64,000 nucleotides of DNA from Candidatus Omnitrophota bacterium. GTDB taxonomy: Bacteria > Omnitrophota > Gorgyraeia > Aquiviventales > Aquiviventaceae. Location: positions 11,235-75,234 of the forward strand of contig JACQWM010000053.1 of NCBI GenBank assembly GCA_016209275.1, in the 5' to 3' direction. Positions 48,730 to 59,722 of the stretch are shown one piece after another. The translations under genes and the position numbers were made by a program. The notes under the pieces were generated by a model. That model saw only the letters and a program-made list of their open reading frames with translations, ran no database searches and was not told the DNA's origin. The first letter of the stretch is position 1. The number at the start of each line of letters is the position of its first letter.

Positions 48730-49797
48730 ATGGCCACCACGCCTTCGGAACGCGCCTCTGAACGACGATCCGCCCCCAAGCGATCGTCTCCGCTCCCCAA
48801 GCGGGCGGCAGCGACCAGCGGCGGGTTGAACGGCTATCGGTACGATTTCGAAAAGCCTATCGCCGAGCTAGAGCGCCGCCTCAGCGAGCTCCAATCAGCG
48901 CCGGATCGCGAGCGAAACGCCGAGCTCGCGGCGTCTCTCCAAGCGCAGCTTGAGCAGCTCAAGCGCGCCGTCTACGCCAATCTCACCCCCTGGCAGCGCG
49001 TGCAGTTGGCCCGGCATCCCCAGCGGCCCTACACCCTGGATTATCTGCCGCTGCTGCTGACGGACTTCGTGCAGCTGCACGGCGATCGGCTCTTCAGCGA
49101 TGATCGCGCCATGGTCGGCGGCGTGGGAACATTTGACGGGCGCTCCTGCGTGGTCATCGGCCATCAAAAAGGCCGGGACACGAAGGAAAATTTGATGCGC
49201 AATTTCGGCTCGGCCCATCCGGAAGGCTACCGCAAGGCGCTGCGCCTGATGCGGCTCGGGGAGAAATTCCACTGGCCGGTGTTCATCTTCATTGATACGC
49301 CGGGGGCTTATCCAGGGATCGGAGCGGAGGAGCGCGGCCAGGCCCACTCCATCGCCTTCAACATGCGCGAGATGGCCGGCTTAAAGATTCCGATGTACAT
49401 CTGCGTCATCGGCGAGGGCGGCTCAGGCGGCGCGCTTGGCATCGGCGTGGGGGATTGGATGGCCATGCTGCAGCACGCGTACTACTCGGTGATCTCGCCG
49501 GAGGGGTGCGCGGCCATTTTGTGGCGGGATCGCGCGCGGGCACCTGAGGCCGCCGCCGCCCTCAAGCTCACCTCGGATGATTTATTGCGCGTGGGGATTG
49601 CTGATGAAGTGCTTGACGAGCCGCTCGGCGGCGCCCATCAAGATCCCGCGGCGGTGGCGCGCCAGATCAAGACGTCGATACAGCGATTCTTGCGCCTGAC
49701 GGATGGGCTGCCGGTGGCCGCGCTGCTCGCGCGCCGCTACGAGCGCTTTCGACGGATCGGCGTCTTCTCCGCCCAACCGCTGCCGCACGCTTCTTAA
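48730..49797 (+). CDS. accA: acetyl-CoA carboxylase carboxyltransferase subunit alpha
   Basis: LDFEKPIAELE...; FIDTPGAYPGIGAEERGQ; full-length AccA similarity. Alternative TTG start 48826. Confidence 0.85.
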   Translation: MATTPSERASERRSAPKRSSPLPKRAAATSGGLNGYRYDFEKPIAELERRLSELQSAPDRERNAELAASLQAQLEQLKRAVYANLTPWQRVQLARHPQRPYTLDYLPLLLTDFVQLHGDRLFSDDRAMVGGVGTFDGRSCVVIGHQKGRDTKENLMRNFGSAHPEGYRKALRLMRLGEKFHWPVFIFIDTPGAYPGIGAEERGQAHSIAFNMREMAGLKIPMYICVIGEGGSGGALGIGVGDWMAMLQHAYYSVISPEGCAAILWRDRARAPEAAAALKLTSDDLLRVGIADEVLDEPLGGAHQDPAAVARQIKTSIQRFLRLTDGLPVAALLARRYERFRRIGVFSAQPLPHAS

Positions 49798-50171
49798 CCC
49801 GCCGTCCCCAGCGCTTCCTCGACCCGCCGCAAGAGCATCACGTGCGTTCCGGGTTTTCCCATGATGTGGCCTCGCGGATCATCCGGCGCGATCGGCTGCC
49901 AATGCTCCGGCGGAAAATCCGCGGTGAAGATGATGATGGGGACCGTGGCGGTGCTCGGCCGCGACCGAAGCGCGGCATAGACCTCGGTGCCTTTCTGATC
50001 CGGCATCCGCTGGTCGATGAGGATCAAATCATGAGACTGCGCCTCCGCCAAGCGCAGCCCCTCGCCTCCGGAGCCGGCCACAGCCACGTCAAAGCCATGG
50101 TTTTTGAGCCGGACCGCAAACGCCAGCCGGTTATCCGCGTTATCGTCGATCAACAACAGCCGCTTTGGCAT
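49794..50171 (-). CDS. single-domain response regulator (CheY-like receiver)
   Basis: LLLIDDNADNR...LILIDQRMPDQKG. Confidence 0.7.
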   Translation of the reverse strand: MPKRLLLIDDNADNRLAFAVRLKNHGFDVAVAGSGGEGLRLAEAQSHDLILIDQRMPDQKGTEVYAALRSRPSTATVPIIIFTADFPPEHWQPIAPDDPRGHIMGKPGTHVMLLRRVEEALGTAG

Positions 50172-50192
50172 CTGTTCCAGGCGATATCAGAG

Positions 50193-50276
50193 TGCCGGAG
50201 GAGGGAGTCGAACCCTCATGGCCTTGCGACCACGGGTTTTTGAGACCCGCGTGTATACCAGTTCCACCACCCCGGC
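50193..50276 (-). tRNA. tRNA-Leu (anticodon CAA)
   Basis: Minus-strand sequence GCCGGGGTGGTGGAACTGGTATACACGCGGGTCTCAAAAACCCGTGGTCGCAAGGCCATGAGGGTTCGACTCCCTCCTCCGGCA: 7-bp acceptor stem, anticodon loop CUCAAAA, long variable arm, GGTTCGA T-loop; CCA not encoded. Confidence 0.8.
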
Positions 50277-50280
50277 CTGA

Positions 50281-50376
50281 AGTTCGATATCAGATATGAA
50301 ATAGCCATTTCATATCTGATATGAAACAGGCAATCCATATCAGATATCAAAACGCCATTTCATATCTGATATCGCC
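50281..50376. repeat. cluster of GATATC-unit palindromic elements (locus F) adjacent to the tRNA-Leu 5' end; an additional half-site at 50181-50191 abuts the tRNA 3' end
   Basis: TTCGATATCAGATATGAAAT-agcc-ATTTCATATCTGATATG ... CATATCAGATATCAAAAcgccATTTCATATCTGATATCGCC: two tandem degenerate hairpins. Confidence 0.8.
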
Positions 50377-50384
50377 TTGTCGGT

Positions 50385-51137
50385 TCACTTCTTTTCGAGG
50401 AAGGGCTTGATCAGATCAATCGGAATCGGAAAGATCGTCGTGGAGTTTTTGTCCGACGTGGCGATTTCGGCCAGTGTTTGCAGGTAGCGCATCTGCAGCG
50501 ACATGGGCTGCTCGCTCATTAAGGCCGCGGCATCCACCAGCTTCTGGGCCGCCTGAAATTCCGCGTCCGCCCCGATGATCTTCGCCCGCCGCACCCGCTC
50601 GGCCTCGGCCTGCCTGGCCATCGCGCGCCGGATCTCTTCCGGCAGGTCGACCTGTTTGGTTTCGACGGCTGACACTTTAACCCCCCACGGGTCGGTGTGC
50701 CGATCGATGAGCGCTTGGAGCTGCTGGTTGAGTTTGTCGCGCTGGGCGAGCAGTTCATCCAATTCAACTTGTCCCAGCACGCTGCGCAGGGTGGTCTGGG
50801 CCATCTGGGAGGTGGCGAAGAGGTAGTCTTCCACTTCCACAATGGCCTTGTTCGGATCGATCACGCGGAAGTAGATCACCGCGTTGACCTTAATCGACAC
50901 GTTATCTTTCGTGATCACATCTTGCGGCGGCACATCCAGGGTGACCGTGCGCAAGCTGATGCGCACCATCCGGTCGATCGGAAACAGAATGAAAATCAGC
51001 CCCGGTCCGAGCGGTTGCGAGAGCATGCGTCCCAAGCGAAACACGACGCCGCGCTCGTATTCATTCAAGATTTTGATGCAGTTCATCACCCAGAAGACCA
51101 GTAAGATGACGACTGGAAACAGCCCATAGCCCACCAT
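50385..51137 (-). CDS. SPFH/band-7 (stomatin/prohibitin-like) protein
   Basis: N-terminal TM then SPFH domain ([10 protein letters not shown]...); classic NfeD partner. Confidence 0.8.
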   Translation of the reverse strand: MVGYGLFPVVILLVFWVMNCIKILNEYERGVVFRLGRMLSQPLGPGLIFILFPIDRMVRISLRTVTLDVPPQDVITKDNVSIKVNAVIYFRVIDPNKAIVEVEDYLFATSQMAQTTLRSVLGQVELDELLAQRDKLNQQLQALIDRHTDPWGVKVSAVETKQVDLPEEIRRAMARQAEAERVRRAKIIGADAEFQAAQKLVDAAALMSEQPMSLQMRYLQTLAEIATSDKNSTTIFPIPIDLIKPFLEKK

Positions 51138-52528
51138 TATGCCCCTCCTGGCTTGGCCCCGCCGTTGACGGCGTGAACCGGCTCAACGAACAATTGAAGC
51201 CCTTCGATCTTCTTGATCCGCACGCGCGCGCCTTCAGGCACCGTCTTGCTGCTCACAGCGCTCCACAGCTCTCCGTGGACAAACACGGTGCCGTCAGGTT
51301 TTAGCGCCGTCCTCGCCACCCCGATGGATCCGATCAGTCCCTGGACGCCTGTCGTGACGCGCCGGCGCTGGGCGCTGAGTGCGCGTGTCACGACGAAGAG
51401 GATGATGCCGGCTAGCGTGGCGACCGTCGGCACAATGACGTTCCAGGACACGCGCAGCGTCGGGTCCGGAGATTCAAAGAGCATGAGGCTGCCCAGGGTC
51501 AGCGCGATGATGCCTCCGACGGCCAGCAGGCCATGGCTGATGATTTTGATTTCGGCGATCAAGAGTCCGACGCCCAGCAGAATCAGGGCGACGGCGGCAT
51601 AATTGATCGGCAGCGCTTGAAACGCATAAAGCGCTAACAGCAGACAGATCAATCCGGCAATGCCGGGAAAACCAACGCCAGGATGCGTGAACTCCACGAA
51701 CAAGCCAAGCAGGCCGGCGAGCATGAGCAGATAGGCGATGTTGGGATTGGTGATGACGGCCAAAAATTCCTGGCGCTTGGACATCGGCACCGTCACCACA
51801 TCGGCCGGCACCGTATGCAGCTCAACCGGGGTACCGGCGAGCTCAATTTTTCGTCCTTCGATTTTTTTCAGCAACTCCGGGACATCGATCGCAATCAGAT
51901 CGATGACGTGTTCCTTGAGCGCCTCAGTTTCCGTGATCGAAAAGCTGTGCGTCACGGCTTTTTTGGCCCACTCCTCGTTGCGTCCGCGAGTCTTCGCGAT
52001 GGTGGTGACCCAGGCTACCGTGTCGTTGATGATTTTCTCGGTCATGGGATCGGTCTCGGTTTCTTCCACTTCTTCTTTTTCTTTCTCTTTTTCGCCAGTG
52101 GCTCGCTTCACTAATCGTTTAATCGGTCCGCCCTCGCCCATGACCACCGGATGGGCCGCGCCAATGTTCGTCGAGGGCGCCATCGCCGCCACGTGCGCGG
52201 CGAGCGTGATGAAGACACCGGCCGAACCGGCCCGGGAGCCTGAGGGGGCCACGTAAACCGCAATCGGCACTTTGGCGTTCATCATGCGCTTGACGATCGC
52301 GCGGGTCGATTCCAGCAAGCCGCCCGGCGTATCGAGCTTGATCACGAGGCAGACCGCGCCGTCAGACTCGGAGCGCTCAATCGCATCGACAATATATTGC
52401 TGTGTGACCGGGCTGATGATCTGATTATCCAGCTCGATGACATTGACGTGGGCGGCTTCGCTGGCGGCGCTGCGTAGCCCAGTTAACCCACAGATTCCGA
52501 TGATCAGCAAATATCGAAAAAGTTTCAT
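51137..52528 (-). CDS. NfeD-family membrane-bound serine protease (ClpP-class) with C-terminal OB domain
   Basis: Signal peptide; ClpP-like region; multi-TM; C-terminal NfeD beta-barrel; start chosen at MKLFRYLL. Confidence 0.7.
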   Translation of the reverse strand: MKLFRYLLIIGICGLTGLRSAASEAAHVNVIELDNQIISPVTQQYIVDAIERSESDGAVCLVIKLDTPGGLLESTRAIVKRMMNAKVPIAVYVAPSGSRAGSAGVFITLAAHVAAMAPSTNIGAAHPVVMGEGGPIKRLVKRATGEKEKEKEEVEETETDPMTEKIINDTVAWVTTIAKTRGRNEEWAKKAVTHSFSITETEALKEHVIDLIAIDVPELLKKIEGRKIELAGTPVELHTVPADVVTVPMSKRQEFLAVITNPNIAYLLMLAGLLGLFVEFTHPGVGFPGIAGLICLLLALYAFQALPINYAAVALILLGVGLLIAEIKIISHGLLAVGGIIALTLGSLMLFESPDPTLRVSWNVIVPTVATLAGIILFVVTRALSAQRRRVTTGVQGLIGSIGVARTALKPDGTVFVHGELWSAVSSKTVPEGARVRIKKIEGLQLFVEPVHAVNGGAKPGGA

Positions 52529-52549
52529 AGTGTTATCGCGAGAAATGCG

Positions 52550-52622
52550 TGGAGCAGACGGGGATCGAACCCGTGACCTCCACAATGCCATTGTGGCGCT
52601 CTCCCAGCTGAGCTACTGCCCC
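52550..52622 (-). tRNA. tRNA-Ala (anticodon GGC)
   Basis: Minus-strand GGGGCAGTAGCTCAGCTGGGAGAGCGCCACAATGGCATTGTGGAGGTCACGGGTTCGATCCCCGTCTGCTCCA: G3:U70 Ala identity pair, anticodon loop AUGGCAU; followed at 52625-52635 by GTGACGGTCAC palindrome. Confidence 0.8.
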
Positions 52623-52706
52623 GCGTGACGGTCACTATACCGTAGCTTACTCGACGGTGTCAATCTCATCGCGTTGTCCCGGCTCAGTATGGTATCATCA
52701 GAAACT

Positions 52707-53585
52707 ATGCGGCTAGGGGTGCACGTGCCGATTGCAGGGGGGCTCCACAAGGCGCTGGCGTGGGCCGGGACGACCGGCTGCACTACGATCCAAATCTTCA
52801 GCCGCAGCCCGCGCGGCGGCAAGGCCCCGCCGATTCTTCCCCAGGTCGCCGCAGACTTTACCCGCCAGCGGCTCGCCTTAGGGATCGAGCCGCTCGCCAT
52901 CCACGCGCCCTACATTATTAATTTGGCCTCGCCTGAGCCGGCTAAGTGGACATGGTTTGTCGAACATTACGGTCAAGAGTACGCGCGAGCGGTCGCGCTT
53001 GGCGCGACGTACTTGGTGACCCATGTCGGTAGCCATCGAGGAGAAGGGGAAACCGAAGGCATCGCGCGCGTTGCCGCGGCCATCAACAAGACGCTGGCAT
53101 CGTCCGATGGAAAGGTCATCATTTTACTCGAGAACACCGCCGGCTCAGGCCAAGGGCTCGGCTACACCGTTGAGCAGTTGGCGGCGATCCGCGCCGGCGT
53201 GAAGGAGCAAGCGCGTGTGGGCATTTGCCTTGATACCGCCCATCTGTTTGCATCCGGCTATGCGATTCATACGCCCGAAGGGCTGGAAGACACGATCGCA
53301 GCCTTTCAACGCGCCGTCGGGATGGAACATCTCAAGCTGATTCATCTCAATGACTCGAAGGTGCCGTTCGGCTCGCGGGTGGATCGCCATTGGCACATCG
53401 GCAAAGGCCATATCGGCCTGCCAGCCTTCCGCCGCATTGTCAATCATCCAAGACTTCAGGACGTCCCCTTCATCCTTGAAACACCAAAAGCCACTGCAGC
53501 AGATGATATCAAGAATCTTACAACCGTCAGACGGCTCGCTAGATCCCTCGGCCCCTCGGCCCCTCGGCCACGTGGTCGCGCATGA
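52707..53585 (+). CDS. nfo: deoxyribonuclease IV (AP endonuclease family 2)
   Basis: TIM-barrel Nfo motifs (LGVHVPIAGG, THVGSH, LENTAG, CLDTAHLFASGY, HLNDSK). Confidence 0.8.
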   Translation: MRLGVHVPIAGGLHKALAWAGTTGCTTIQIFSRSPRGGKAPPILPQVAADFTRQRLALGIEPLAIHAPYIINLASPEPAKWTWFVEHYGQEYARAVALGATYLVTHVGSHRGEGETEGIARVAAAINKTLASSDGKVIILLENTAGSGQGLGYTVEQLAAIRAGVKEQARVGICLDTAHLFASGYAIHTPEGLEDTIAAFQRAVGMEHLKLIHLNDSKVPFGSRVDRHWHIGKGHIGLPAFRRIVNHPRLQDVPFILETPKATAADDIKNLTTVRRLARSLGPSAPRPRGRA

Positions 53586-54289
53586 GGCATGTTCACCCGT
53601 TTGCGCTGTGGGGGGCGGATCATCTCACGGCGCTCGGCCTCGTCCTGGCAGCCATCGCCGCCCTCATCATCGTAGCACCGTCGCTGCGCAGGCAGCAGGA
53701 TCTGCCGCTGCGCCGCGCGTGCGCGCTGCTGCTCTTGGCGAATGAGGCCGGAAGCCTAGCGTGGGCGGCGGCCCACGGGCACGTGCGCGTGCCGCTGCAA
53801 CTGTGCGACTTGGCCGCTTTCCTGACGATTTGGTCCCTGTGGAGCGTGCAGCCATGGGCGTGCGAGCTGGCCTACTTTTGGGGATTGGCCGGCAGCACGC
53901 AAGCGCTGCTCACACCGGATCTGCCATGGGGCTTTCCCGATTATTGGTGGATCAAATTTTTCGCCACCCACGGCGGCGTCGTCATCGGCGTCGTGTATCT
54001 GGCGGCGAGCGGCCGCGTCGCGCCCAGCGGCGGATCGGTCTGGCGAGTATGGCTCATCACCAATGGCTATGTCGCGCTCGCGGGGATCGTCAACTGGCTC
54101 TGGGGCACGAACTACGGATATCTTTCGCATAAGCCGATGCATCCGAGCCTGTTGGACGCTTTCGGCCCATGGCCCTGGTACATCCTCGCCATGGATTTGG
54201 CAGCCCTCGGGCTGTTCCTCTTGTGCTATACTCCTTTCATTAACCACAAGGAGGGCAGATGGCAGCGCGCATCGGCACGTCGGTCGTGA
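53582..54289 (+). CDS. YwaF/TIGR02206-like integral membrane protein
   Basis: ATGA coupling with nfo; 6-7 TM with WGFPDYWWIKFFATHGG. Confidence 0.4.
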   Translation: MRHVHPFALWGADHLTALGLVLAAIAALIIVAPSLRRQQDLPLRRACALLLLANEAGSLAWAAAHGHVRVPLQLCDLAAFLTIWSLWSVQPWACELAYFWGLAGSTQALLTPDLPWGFPDYWWIKFFATHGGVVIGVVYLAASGRVAPSGGSVWRVWLITNGYVALAGIVNWLWGTNYGYLSHKPMHPSLLDAFGPWPWYILAMDLAALGLFLLCYTPFINHKEGRWQRASARRS

Positions 54290-55167
54290 CGGGCTTTCGC
54301 TCGGCGAACCGCAGTTGGCTAGGCATCGGCCTGTATGCGGCCGGCTGGCTCGTGATCGGGGTCATCAGCCTTGCCAGCCTGCTGGTGACCAGTCCACCGC
54401 AGGCGCTCTTTGAGGACGCCGACACTCCGGCACCCGCGGTGACCGCGCAGGCTGACGCGCAGATGGTCGAAGCGCGCAACACTGAGCGCGAGCGCATCAT
54501 CAACGCCTGGTTTTTCCGCGCGTGGCCCGTGCTGCTGGGGCTCGCCATCGTGTATGTCCTGGCGACGACCTGGCTGACCGGCGGGCAGCTCGGCTACGCG
54601 GCCCAACTCGTCAGAACGCCGCATGCGCATCTTCGGGACTTTCGCGCGGCAGGCTCACGGCACTTCGGCCCCCTCTTGGGCGCGCTGGGATTGGGGCTTG
54701 CGGTCAGCGTCATCGCCTTTGCCGCGGTCATCGCGTTGGTGATGGTGAGCGCGGCCGCCGGCCGGGGCGTGCTCGTCGCACTCAGCGTGGCGGCACTGCT
54801 CGTGGCGAGCGTTGCGCTGGTGTGGCTGGGGGTCCGCCTGGTGTTTTGGTGGATCGCGATCGTCGGCGACGGGCTCGGCCCGATCGCGGCGCTGAAGGCG
54901 AGCTTCCGCGCAACGCGCAAGCGCTGGTGGAGAACCATGGGATTAGTCGCGCTGCTGGGAGTGATCAATGCGGGTGCCAGCATTGTCTGCCGCGCCATCG
55001 TGATTTTTGGCGGCGTGCTGGGCGGTGTCGGCGGCGTGCTGCTGATCCTCGCGGGGGTGCTGCCCTTGATCATCTGGAGTTTGTACTTTACCTTCGTCTT
55101 TACGGCCGCCTCCATCCGGTTTTATGACGATGCGACCAAATCCGCGCCCTCGGCGTCAGTCGCGTAA
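54259..55167 (+). CDS. hypothetical polytopic membrane protein
   Basis: Long hydrophobic ORF overlapping its neighbours; no recognised motif. Confidence 0.35.
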   Translation: MAARIGTSVVTGFRSANRSWLGIGLYAAGWLVIGVISLASLLVTSPPQALFEDADTPAPAVTAQADAQMVEARNTERERIINAWFFRAWPVLLGLAIVYVLATTWLTGGQLGYAAQLVRTPHAHLRDFRAAGSRHFGPLLGALGLGLAVSVIAFAAVIALVMVSAAAGRGVLVALSVAALLVASVALVWLGVRLVFWWIAIVGDGLGPIAALKASFRATRKRWWRTMGLVALLGVINAGASIVCRAIVIFGGVLGGVGGVLLILAGVLPLIIWSLYFTFVFTAASIRFYDDATKSAPSASVA

Positions 55168-56347
55168 CCAGCGCATCGCCGTCAGCCTGCTGCTCCTTGG
55201 CCTGACCGGCTGCGGAGGGATCAAGGCGTACGTGCGCAGCGGATTCCTGGAGCATCCGCCGCGGCGCGTGGCCATCCTGCCCATGGTGATCACGTATCCG
55301 TACGACCTGGCCGTCGGGCAACCCATCCCGGCGGAGCATCTGCTGGGGCGCGATCTGTTCCGCCAGCGGTTGTACAACGCCTTCGCCCCCTACGGCTATG
55401 AGGATATGCCGCCGGCCGACGTGGATGCGAAACTGGCGGCAGCGTTCGGGCCCCTCGATGAGGGGGTGTGGCGCGCCGCCACACCGCAAGCGCTCGGCGA
55501 TGCCTTGGGCGTTGATGCCGTGGTGCACGGCGAGATCAGCCACATTGCGCACATCGCCTCGCCTGTGTATACCGAAACCAGCCTTGCGGCTTCCTTACGC
55601 ATGGTGGAGACTGCCTCAGGCGATGTGCTGTGGCGCACGCGGGTTCAGGAGGCTGATCGAGGCGGGGCGCTGATGCAGAAAGGCCAGGTGGTGGACTTTG
55701 TGCAAGATCAAATCAGAAGCCGGCGCGCCGACGTCAAATTTCTCCGCGTGGCGGCTGAGGCGGCGCGCGTCGCGTTGAAGGGTCTTCCGAATCCTCCGAT
55801 GGCGGCGGCGCCCCGTGCTCGCGCCTCCACCGCCCCGCGCATCGCGGTGCTGCCGCTGGCAGCCGCGAAACCGTCATTCGGCAAGGGAGCGAAGACGTTG
55901 CGCTATGATCTGGCGGTCAATCTGCAGGACGGGGTATTCGAGGCTGTGGAATTGCAGCACGTTGACGCCGCACTCGCCGCCCACGACGGCATCTCGCTGG
56001 CCGACTTGAGGCAAGCCCTTGGGGCTGACGCCGTGCTGCGGGGCGCCGTGACCGAATGGGGCAAGCATTACCTGCTGCTCCAATCCTGGGTGGCGGCAGG
56101 GCTTGAGCTTGAGCTCGTGGATGCGGCCACCGGCACCGTCCTGTGGAGAGGAAAAAAGACGAGCAGCCGTCAGGCGGGATTGTCGAAAGGGCCCACCGGC
56201 TATAAATCGGTGGTGATGGCGCCCATCACCGGCTTGAAGACCAGGTATTTGGAGCGCGTGGCGGACGGCCTCGCCCGCGACATGGTGGAAGAGCTTGCGG
56301 CCTCGCCTGAGGTCGTGAACTACGTTCAGACCCACCGGTCCCCGTAA
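55124..56347 (+). CDS. hypothetical lipoprotein with two internal ~180-aa repeats
   Basis: Lipobox LLGLTGC; repeats RVAILPMV...GDVLWRTRV and RIAVLPLA...GTVLWRGKK. Confidence 0.45.
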   Translation: MTMRPNPRPRRQSRNQRIAVSLLLLGLTGCGGIKAYVRSGFLEHPPRRVAILPMVITYPYDLAVGQPIPAEHLLGRDLFRQRLYNAFAPYGYEDMPPADVDAKLAAAFGPLDEGVWRAATPQALGDALGVDAVVHGEISHIAHIASPVYTETSLAASLRMVETASGDVLWRTRVQEADRGGALMQKGQVVDFVQDQIRSRRADVKFLRVAAEAARVALKGLPNPPMAAAPRARASTAPRIAVLPLAAAKPSFGKGAKTLRYDLAVNLQDGVFEAVELQHVDAALAAHDGISLADLRQALGADAVLRGAVTEWGKHYLLLQSWVAAGLELELVDAATGTVLWRGKKTSSRQAGLSKGPTGYKSVVMAPITGLKTRYLERVADGLARDMVEELAASPEVVNYVQTHRSP

Positions 56348-56359
56348 CCGAGTGCGTTC

Positions 56360-56722
56360 ATGGCGATTGATCCGCGCGCGTTTGCCCGAACGCTGGTGCG
56401 ATTGAACGTCGTCTATACGGCGATCAAGGCCAAAACCACATCGCGCGCGCTCACCCGCGATGTCGGAGGCGAAGGTTTAAGCTTCTTGGCCGATGCGCCC
56501 CTTGAGTTGGGAGAGCAGGTGAAGGCCGAACTCTCCTTGCCGGATCGCGCCGAAGCGATTTCCTTTACCGGGGAAGTCACGCGGTGCACGGCGGCCCCCG
56601 AAACGACTGGAAGCGAAACCGCTGCGCATCTGATTGTGGTGAAATTCGTCATGATCGATCCCAAGCAGTTGTCCATGATTCAGCAATACGTCCGGCTCAA
56701 CGCGCTGCCGCTTGAAGGGTGA
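56360..56722 (+). CDS. PilZ-like domain protein
   Basis: RxxxR-like N-terminus (RAFARTLVR) and RDVGGEGLSF block; the paralog downstream has the same layout. Confidence 0.45.
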   Translation: MAIDPRAFARTLVRLNVVYTAIKAKTTSRALTRDVGGEGLSFLADAPLELGEQVKAELSLPDRAEAISFTGEVTRCTAAPETTGSETAAHLIVVKFVMIDPKQLSMIQQYVRLNALPLEG

Positions 56723-57096
56723 TGACGACCGAGCGCTGGCAATTGGTGCGGATCCGATCGCGGCTGAATGCGATCGTGCGGTTTTCGAGCCGCGAAGAGA
56801 TCATCCGAGCGCTCACCCGTGATATCGGCGTCTCAGGCATCCGGCTCCTGACGGAAGGGCCGCTGGCCAGCGGAGAGCTCATCGGGGTGGAGCTCGCCTT
56901 GCCGGATCGCGCGCAGCCCATCGTCTTTACCGGCGAAGTCGTCTGGAGCAAGTCCATCGATGGCGCGGTGGTGGGCGAAGATGAATCCGCGATTGAAAAC
57001 GGCATTAAATTCGTGACGATCGATCCGAAGGACCGCGAAGCCCTCATGCAGTGGGTCGCCCTCAACGCGCTGCATCCTAACCTTGGCGACCGCTAA
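56719..57096 (+). CDS. PilZ-like domain protein (tandem paralog)
   Basis: RIRSRLNAIVR...RDIGVSGIRLL; ATGA-type overlap with the previous gene. Confidence 0.45.
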   Translation: MMTTERWQLVRIRSRLNAIVRFSSREEIIRALTRDIGVSGIRLLTEGPLASGELIGVELALPDRAQPIVFTGEVVWSKSIDGAVVGEDESAIENGIKFVTIDPKDREALMQWVALNALHPNLGDR

Positions 57097-57145
57097 AAGG
57101 GGTCAGACCCCATTTCAAAAAGGGGTCTGACCTCTTTTCACAGAC

Positions 57146-59722
57146 ATGGCTGAGAAATATCCGTTCCACGAGATTGAGCCAAAATGGCAGCGCGTCTGGG
57201 AAGACCAGAAGACCTTCCGCGTGACCGAGGGAGGCACCAAGCCGAAATACTACGTGCTCGATATGTTTCCCTATCCCTCAGGGGCCGGCTTGCACGTGGG
57301 GCACCCCGAAGGCTACACGGCGACGGATATCGTCGCTCGCTACAAACGGATGCGCGGCTTCAACGTGCTGCACCCGATGGGCTGGGATGCGTTCGGCCTG
57401 CCTGCCGAGCAATACGCGATCGAAACCGGGACCCATCCGGCGGAGACCACTCGCAAGAACATCGCGACCTTCAAAGCGCAAATCACGCGGCTGGGATTTT
57501 CCTACGATTGGGATCGCGAGATCAATACCACCGATCCTGGCTATGTGAGATGGACCCAGTGGATCTTTCTGAAATTGTACGAGCGCGGCTTGGCCTACAT
57601 GGCGGAGGCTCCGGTGTGGTGGTGTCCATCCTGCGGCACGGTGCTCGCCAATGAAGAAGTCGTCGACGGCACGTGCGAGCGCAAGGGCCACCCCGTCGAG
57701 CGCAAGCCGATGCGCCAGTGGATGCTCAAAATCACCGCGTATGCCGAGCGGCTGCTCGCCGACTTAGACGCGTTGGATTGGCCGGAGCATATCAAAGATC
57801 AGCAGCGCTATTGGATCGGCAAGAGTATCGGCGCTGAGGTCTGGTTTGCGTTAGACACCAAGGGGCCACCCATTCCAGACGCGTTGATGGATGGAACGCG
57901 GCTGCGGCGGCGCCACGGCGCCGTCGAGTGCAAGATTTACACGACGCGTCCAGATACGCTCTTTGGCGCCACCTACCTCGTGCTCTCACCGGAGCACCCT
58001 GCGGTCTTGGCCATCACGGCGGAGAACCGTCGTGTCACGGTTGAGCAATATCGACTGGAAGCGTCGCGCAAAAGCGAACTGGAACGCTCCGAACTGGCCA
58101 AAGAGAAAACCGGGGTGTTCACCGGCGCGTATGCCGTTAATCCGGTCAATCAAGAACACATTCCCATCTGGATCGCGGATTACGTGCTGGCCAGCTACGG
58201 CACCGGAGCCATCATGGCCGTGCCGGCCCATGATCAGCGCGATTTGGAGTTTGCGCTCACACACGGCTTGGATGTCCGCATCGTGATCATGCCGGAGGAT
58301 CATGCGCTTGAGCTTGTCGGCTTGACCCAGGCGTACACCGAGCCGGGCCGCATGCATGACTCCGGGCCATTTACCGGATTGCCGAGCGAAGACGCCAAGG
58401 GAAAAATTACTGACTGGCTCAAGGCTCAAGGCTCGGGGCTGAAGGCGACAAACTACAAACTGCGCGACTGGCTGTTTTCTCGACAGCGGTACTGGGGTGA
58501 GCCGATCCCGATCGTGCACTGCCCGAAGGATGGCACGGTGGCTCTGCCGGAGTCGGCGCTGCCGCTGACGTTGCCCCCGATCGATGATTTCAAACCGACG
58601 GGGACTGGGGAACCGCCGCTGGCGAAAACCAAGGCGTGGGTGACCACCACGTGCCCTACCTGTCGCGGCCCGGCTCAGCGCGAAACCAACACGATGCCGC
58701 AGTGGGCCGGCTCATGCTGGTACTACCTGCGTTACCTGGATCCGCGCAACGCTCAACGCGCGTGGGATCCATCGAAGGAGCAGTCTTGGATGCCGGTGGA
58801 TCTCTACATCGGGGGGGCCGAGCATGCGGTGCTGCATTTGCTCTACGCGCGGTTTTGGCACAAGGCGCTGTACGATCTCGCACTCGTTTCCACGTCGGAG
58901 CCGTTTCAGCGGTTGGTGAATCAGGGATTGATCCTCGGCGAGGACAACGAGAAAATGTCCAAATCGCGCGGCAATGTCGTCAACCCCGATGAGGTCATTG
59001 CCGCCCACGGGGCGGATGCGTTTCGGCTCTACGAGATGTTCCTGGGGCCGCTGGAAGCGGTCAAGCCCTGGAGCACGCGCAGCATCGAGGGCATTGACCG
59101 GTTCCTGAATCGTGTGTGGCGCCTCGGCGACATGATTGCTCAGGGCTCAGGGCTCAGGGCTCAGGGTGAACGCCCATCCACGCAGGATAAAGAATTTGAG
59201 CGAAAACGCCACGAGACGATCAAACACGTCACAGAGGATATCGAGCAGTTGCGGTTCAATACCGCGATTTCGTCCATGATGGTTTTTTCAAACCTCATTG
59301 CTGACGCGCTCGAGCGGCCCCGAGCCCCGAGCCCCGAACCCCGAGCCATCCGTCAGGCATTTGAGACGCTGGTCTTGTTGCTCTCACCCTTTGCCCCGCA
59401 TCTATGCGAGGAGCTCTGGCAGCGACTCGGCGAAAGCCGAGGAGTCCCGAGCGCAGTCGAGGGACGGCTGGGCCATGCGAAGAGCCTGGCGTATGAACCG
59501 TGGCCATCGTTTAATGCGGCCGCCCTGCAGACGGCCGAAGTCACGCTGGTCGTGCAGGTCAACGGCAAGGTGCGCGGGCGCATCACGGTCGCCTCCGATG
59601 CCAGCGAGGAGGCCGTGAAGGCCGCGGCCCTGGCCAATGACCAGGTCAAAAAATTCGTCGACGGCCAACCCGTGAAGCAATTCATCATCATCCCGAAACG
59701 CTTGGTGAATATTGTCCTCTGA
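57146..59722 (+). CDS. leuS: leucine--tRNA ligase
   Basis: HMGH-type (HVGHPEGY) and KMSKS motifs; full-length class I LeuS similarity including the editing domain. Confidence 0.9.
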   Translation: MAEKYPFHEIEPKWQRVWEDQKTFRVTEGGTKPKYYVLDMFPYPSGAGLHVGHPEGYTATDIVARYKRMRGFNVLHPMGWDAFGLPAEQYAIETGTHPAETTRKNIATFKAQITRLGFSYDWDREINTTDPGYVRWTQWIFLKLYERGLAYMAEAPVWWCPSCGTVLANEEVVDGTCERKGHPVERKPMRQWMLKITAYAERLLADLDALDWPEHIKDQQRYWIGKSIGAEVWFALDTKGPPIPDALMDGTRLRRRHGAVECKIYTTRPDTLFGATYLVLSPEHPAVLAITAENRRVTVEQYRLEASRKSELERSELAKEKTGVFTGAYAVNPVNQEHIPIWIADYVLASYGTGAIMAVPAHDQRDLEFALTHGLDVRIVIMPEDHALELVGLTQAYTEPGRMHDSGPFTGLPSEDAKGKITDWLKAQGSGLKATNYKLRDWLFSRQRYWGEPIPIVHCPKDGTVALPESALPLTLPPIDDFKPTGTGEPPLAKTKAWVTTTCPTCRGPAQRETNTMPQWAGSCWYYLRYLDPRNAQRAWDPSKEQSWMPVDLYIGGAEHAVLHLLYARFWHKALYDLALVSTSEPFQRLVNQGLILGEDNEKMSKSRGNVVNPDEVIAAHGADAFRLYEMFLGPLEAVKPWSTRSIEGIDRFLNRVWRLGDMIAQGSGLRAQGERPSTQDKEFERKRHETIKHVTEDIEQLRFNTAISSMMVFSNLIADALERPRAPSPEPRAIRQAFETLVLLLSPFAPHLCEELWQRLGESRGVPSAVEGRLGHAKSLAYEPWPSFNAAALQTAEVTLVVQVNGKVRGRITVASDASEEAVKAAALANDQVKKFVDGQPVKQFIIIPKRLVNIVL

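Noticed and set aside
50160-52640. Prophage or integrative element at tRNA-Leu / tRNA-Ala.
   Set aside because: No integrase, phage structural or recombinase genes lie between or beside the tRNAs; the interval holds the housekeeping SPFH/NfeD pair.
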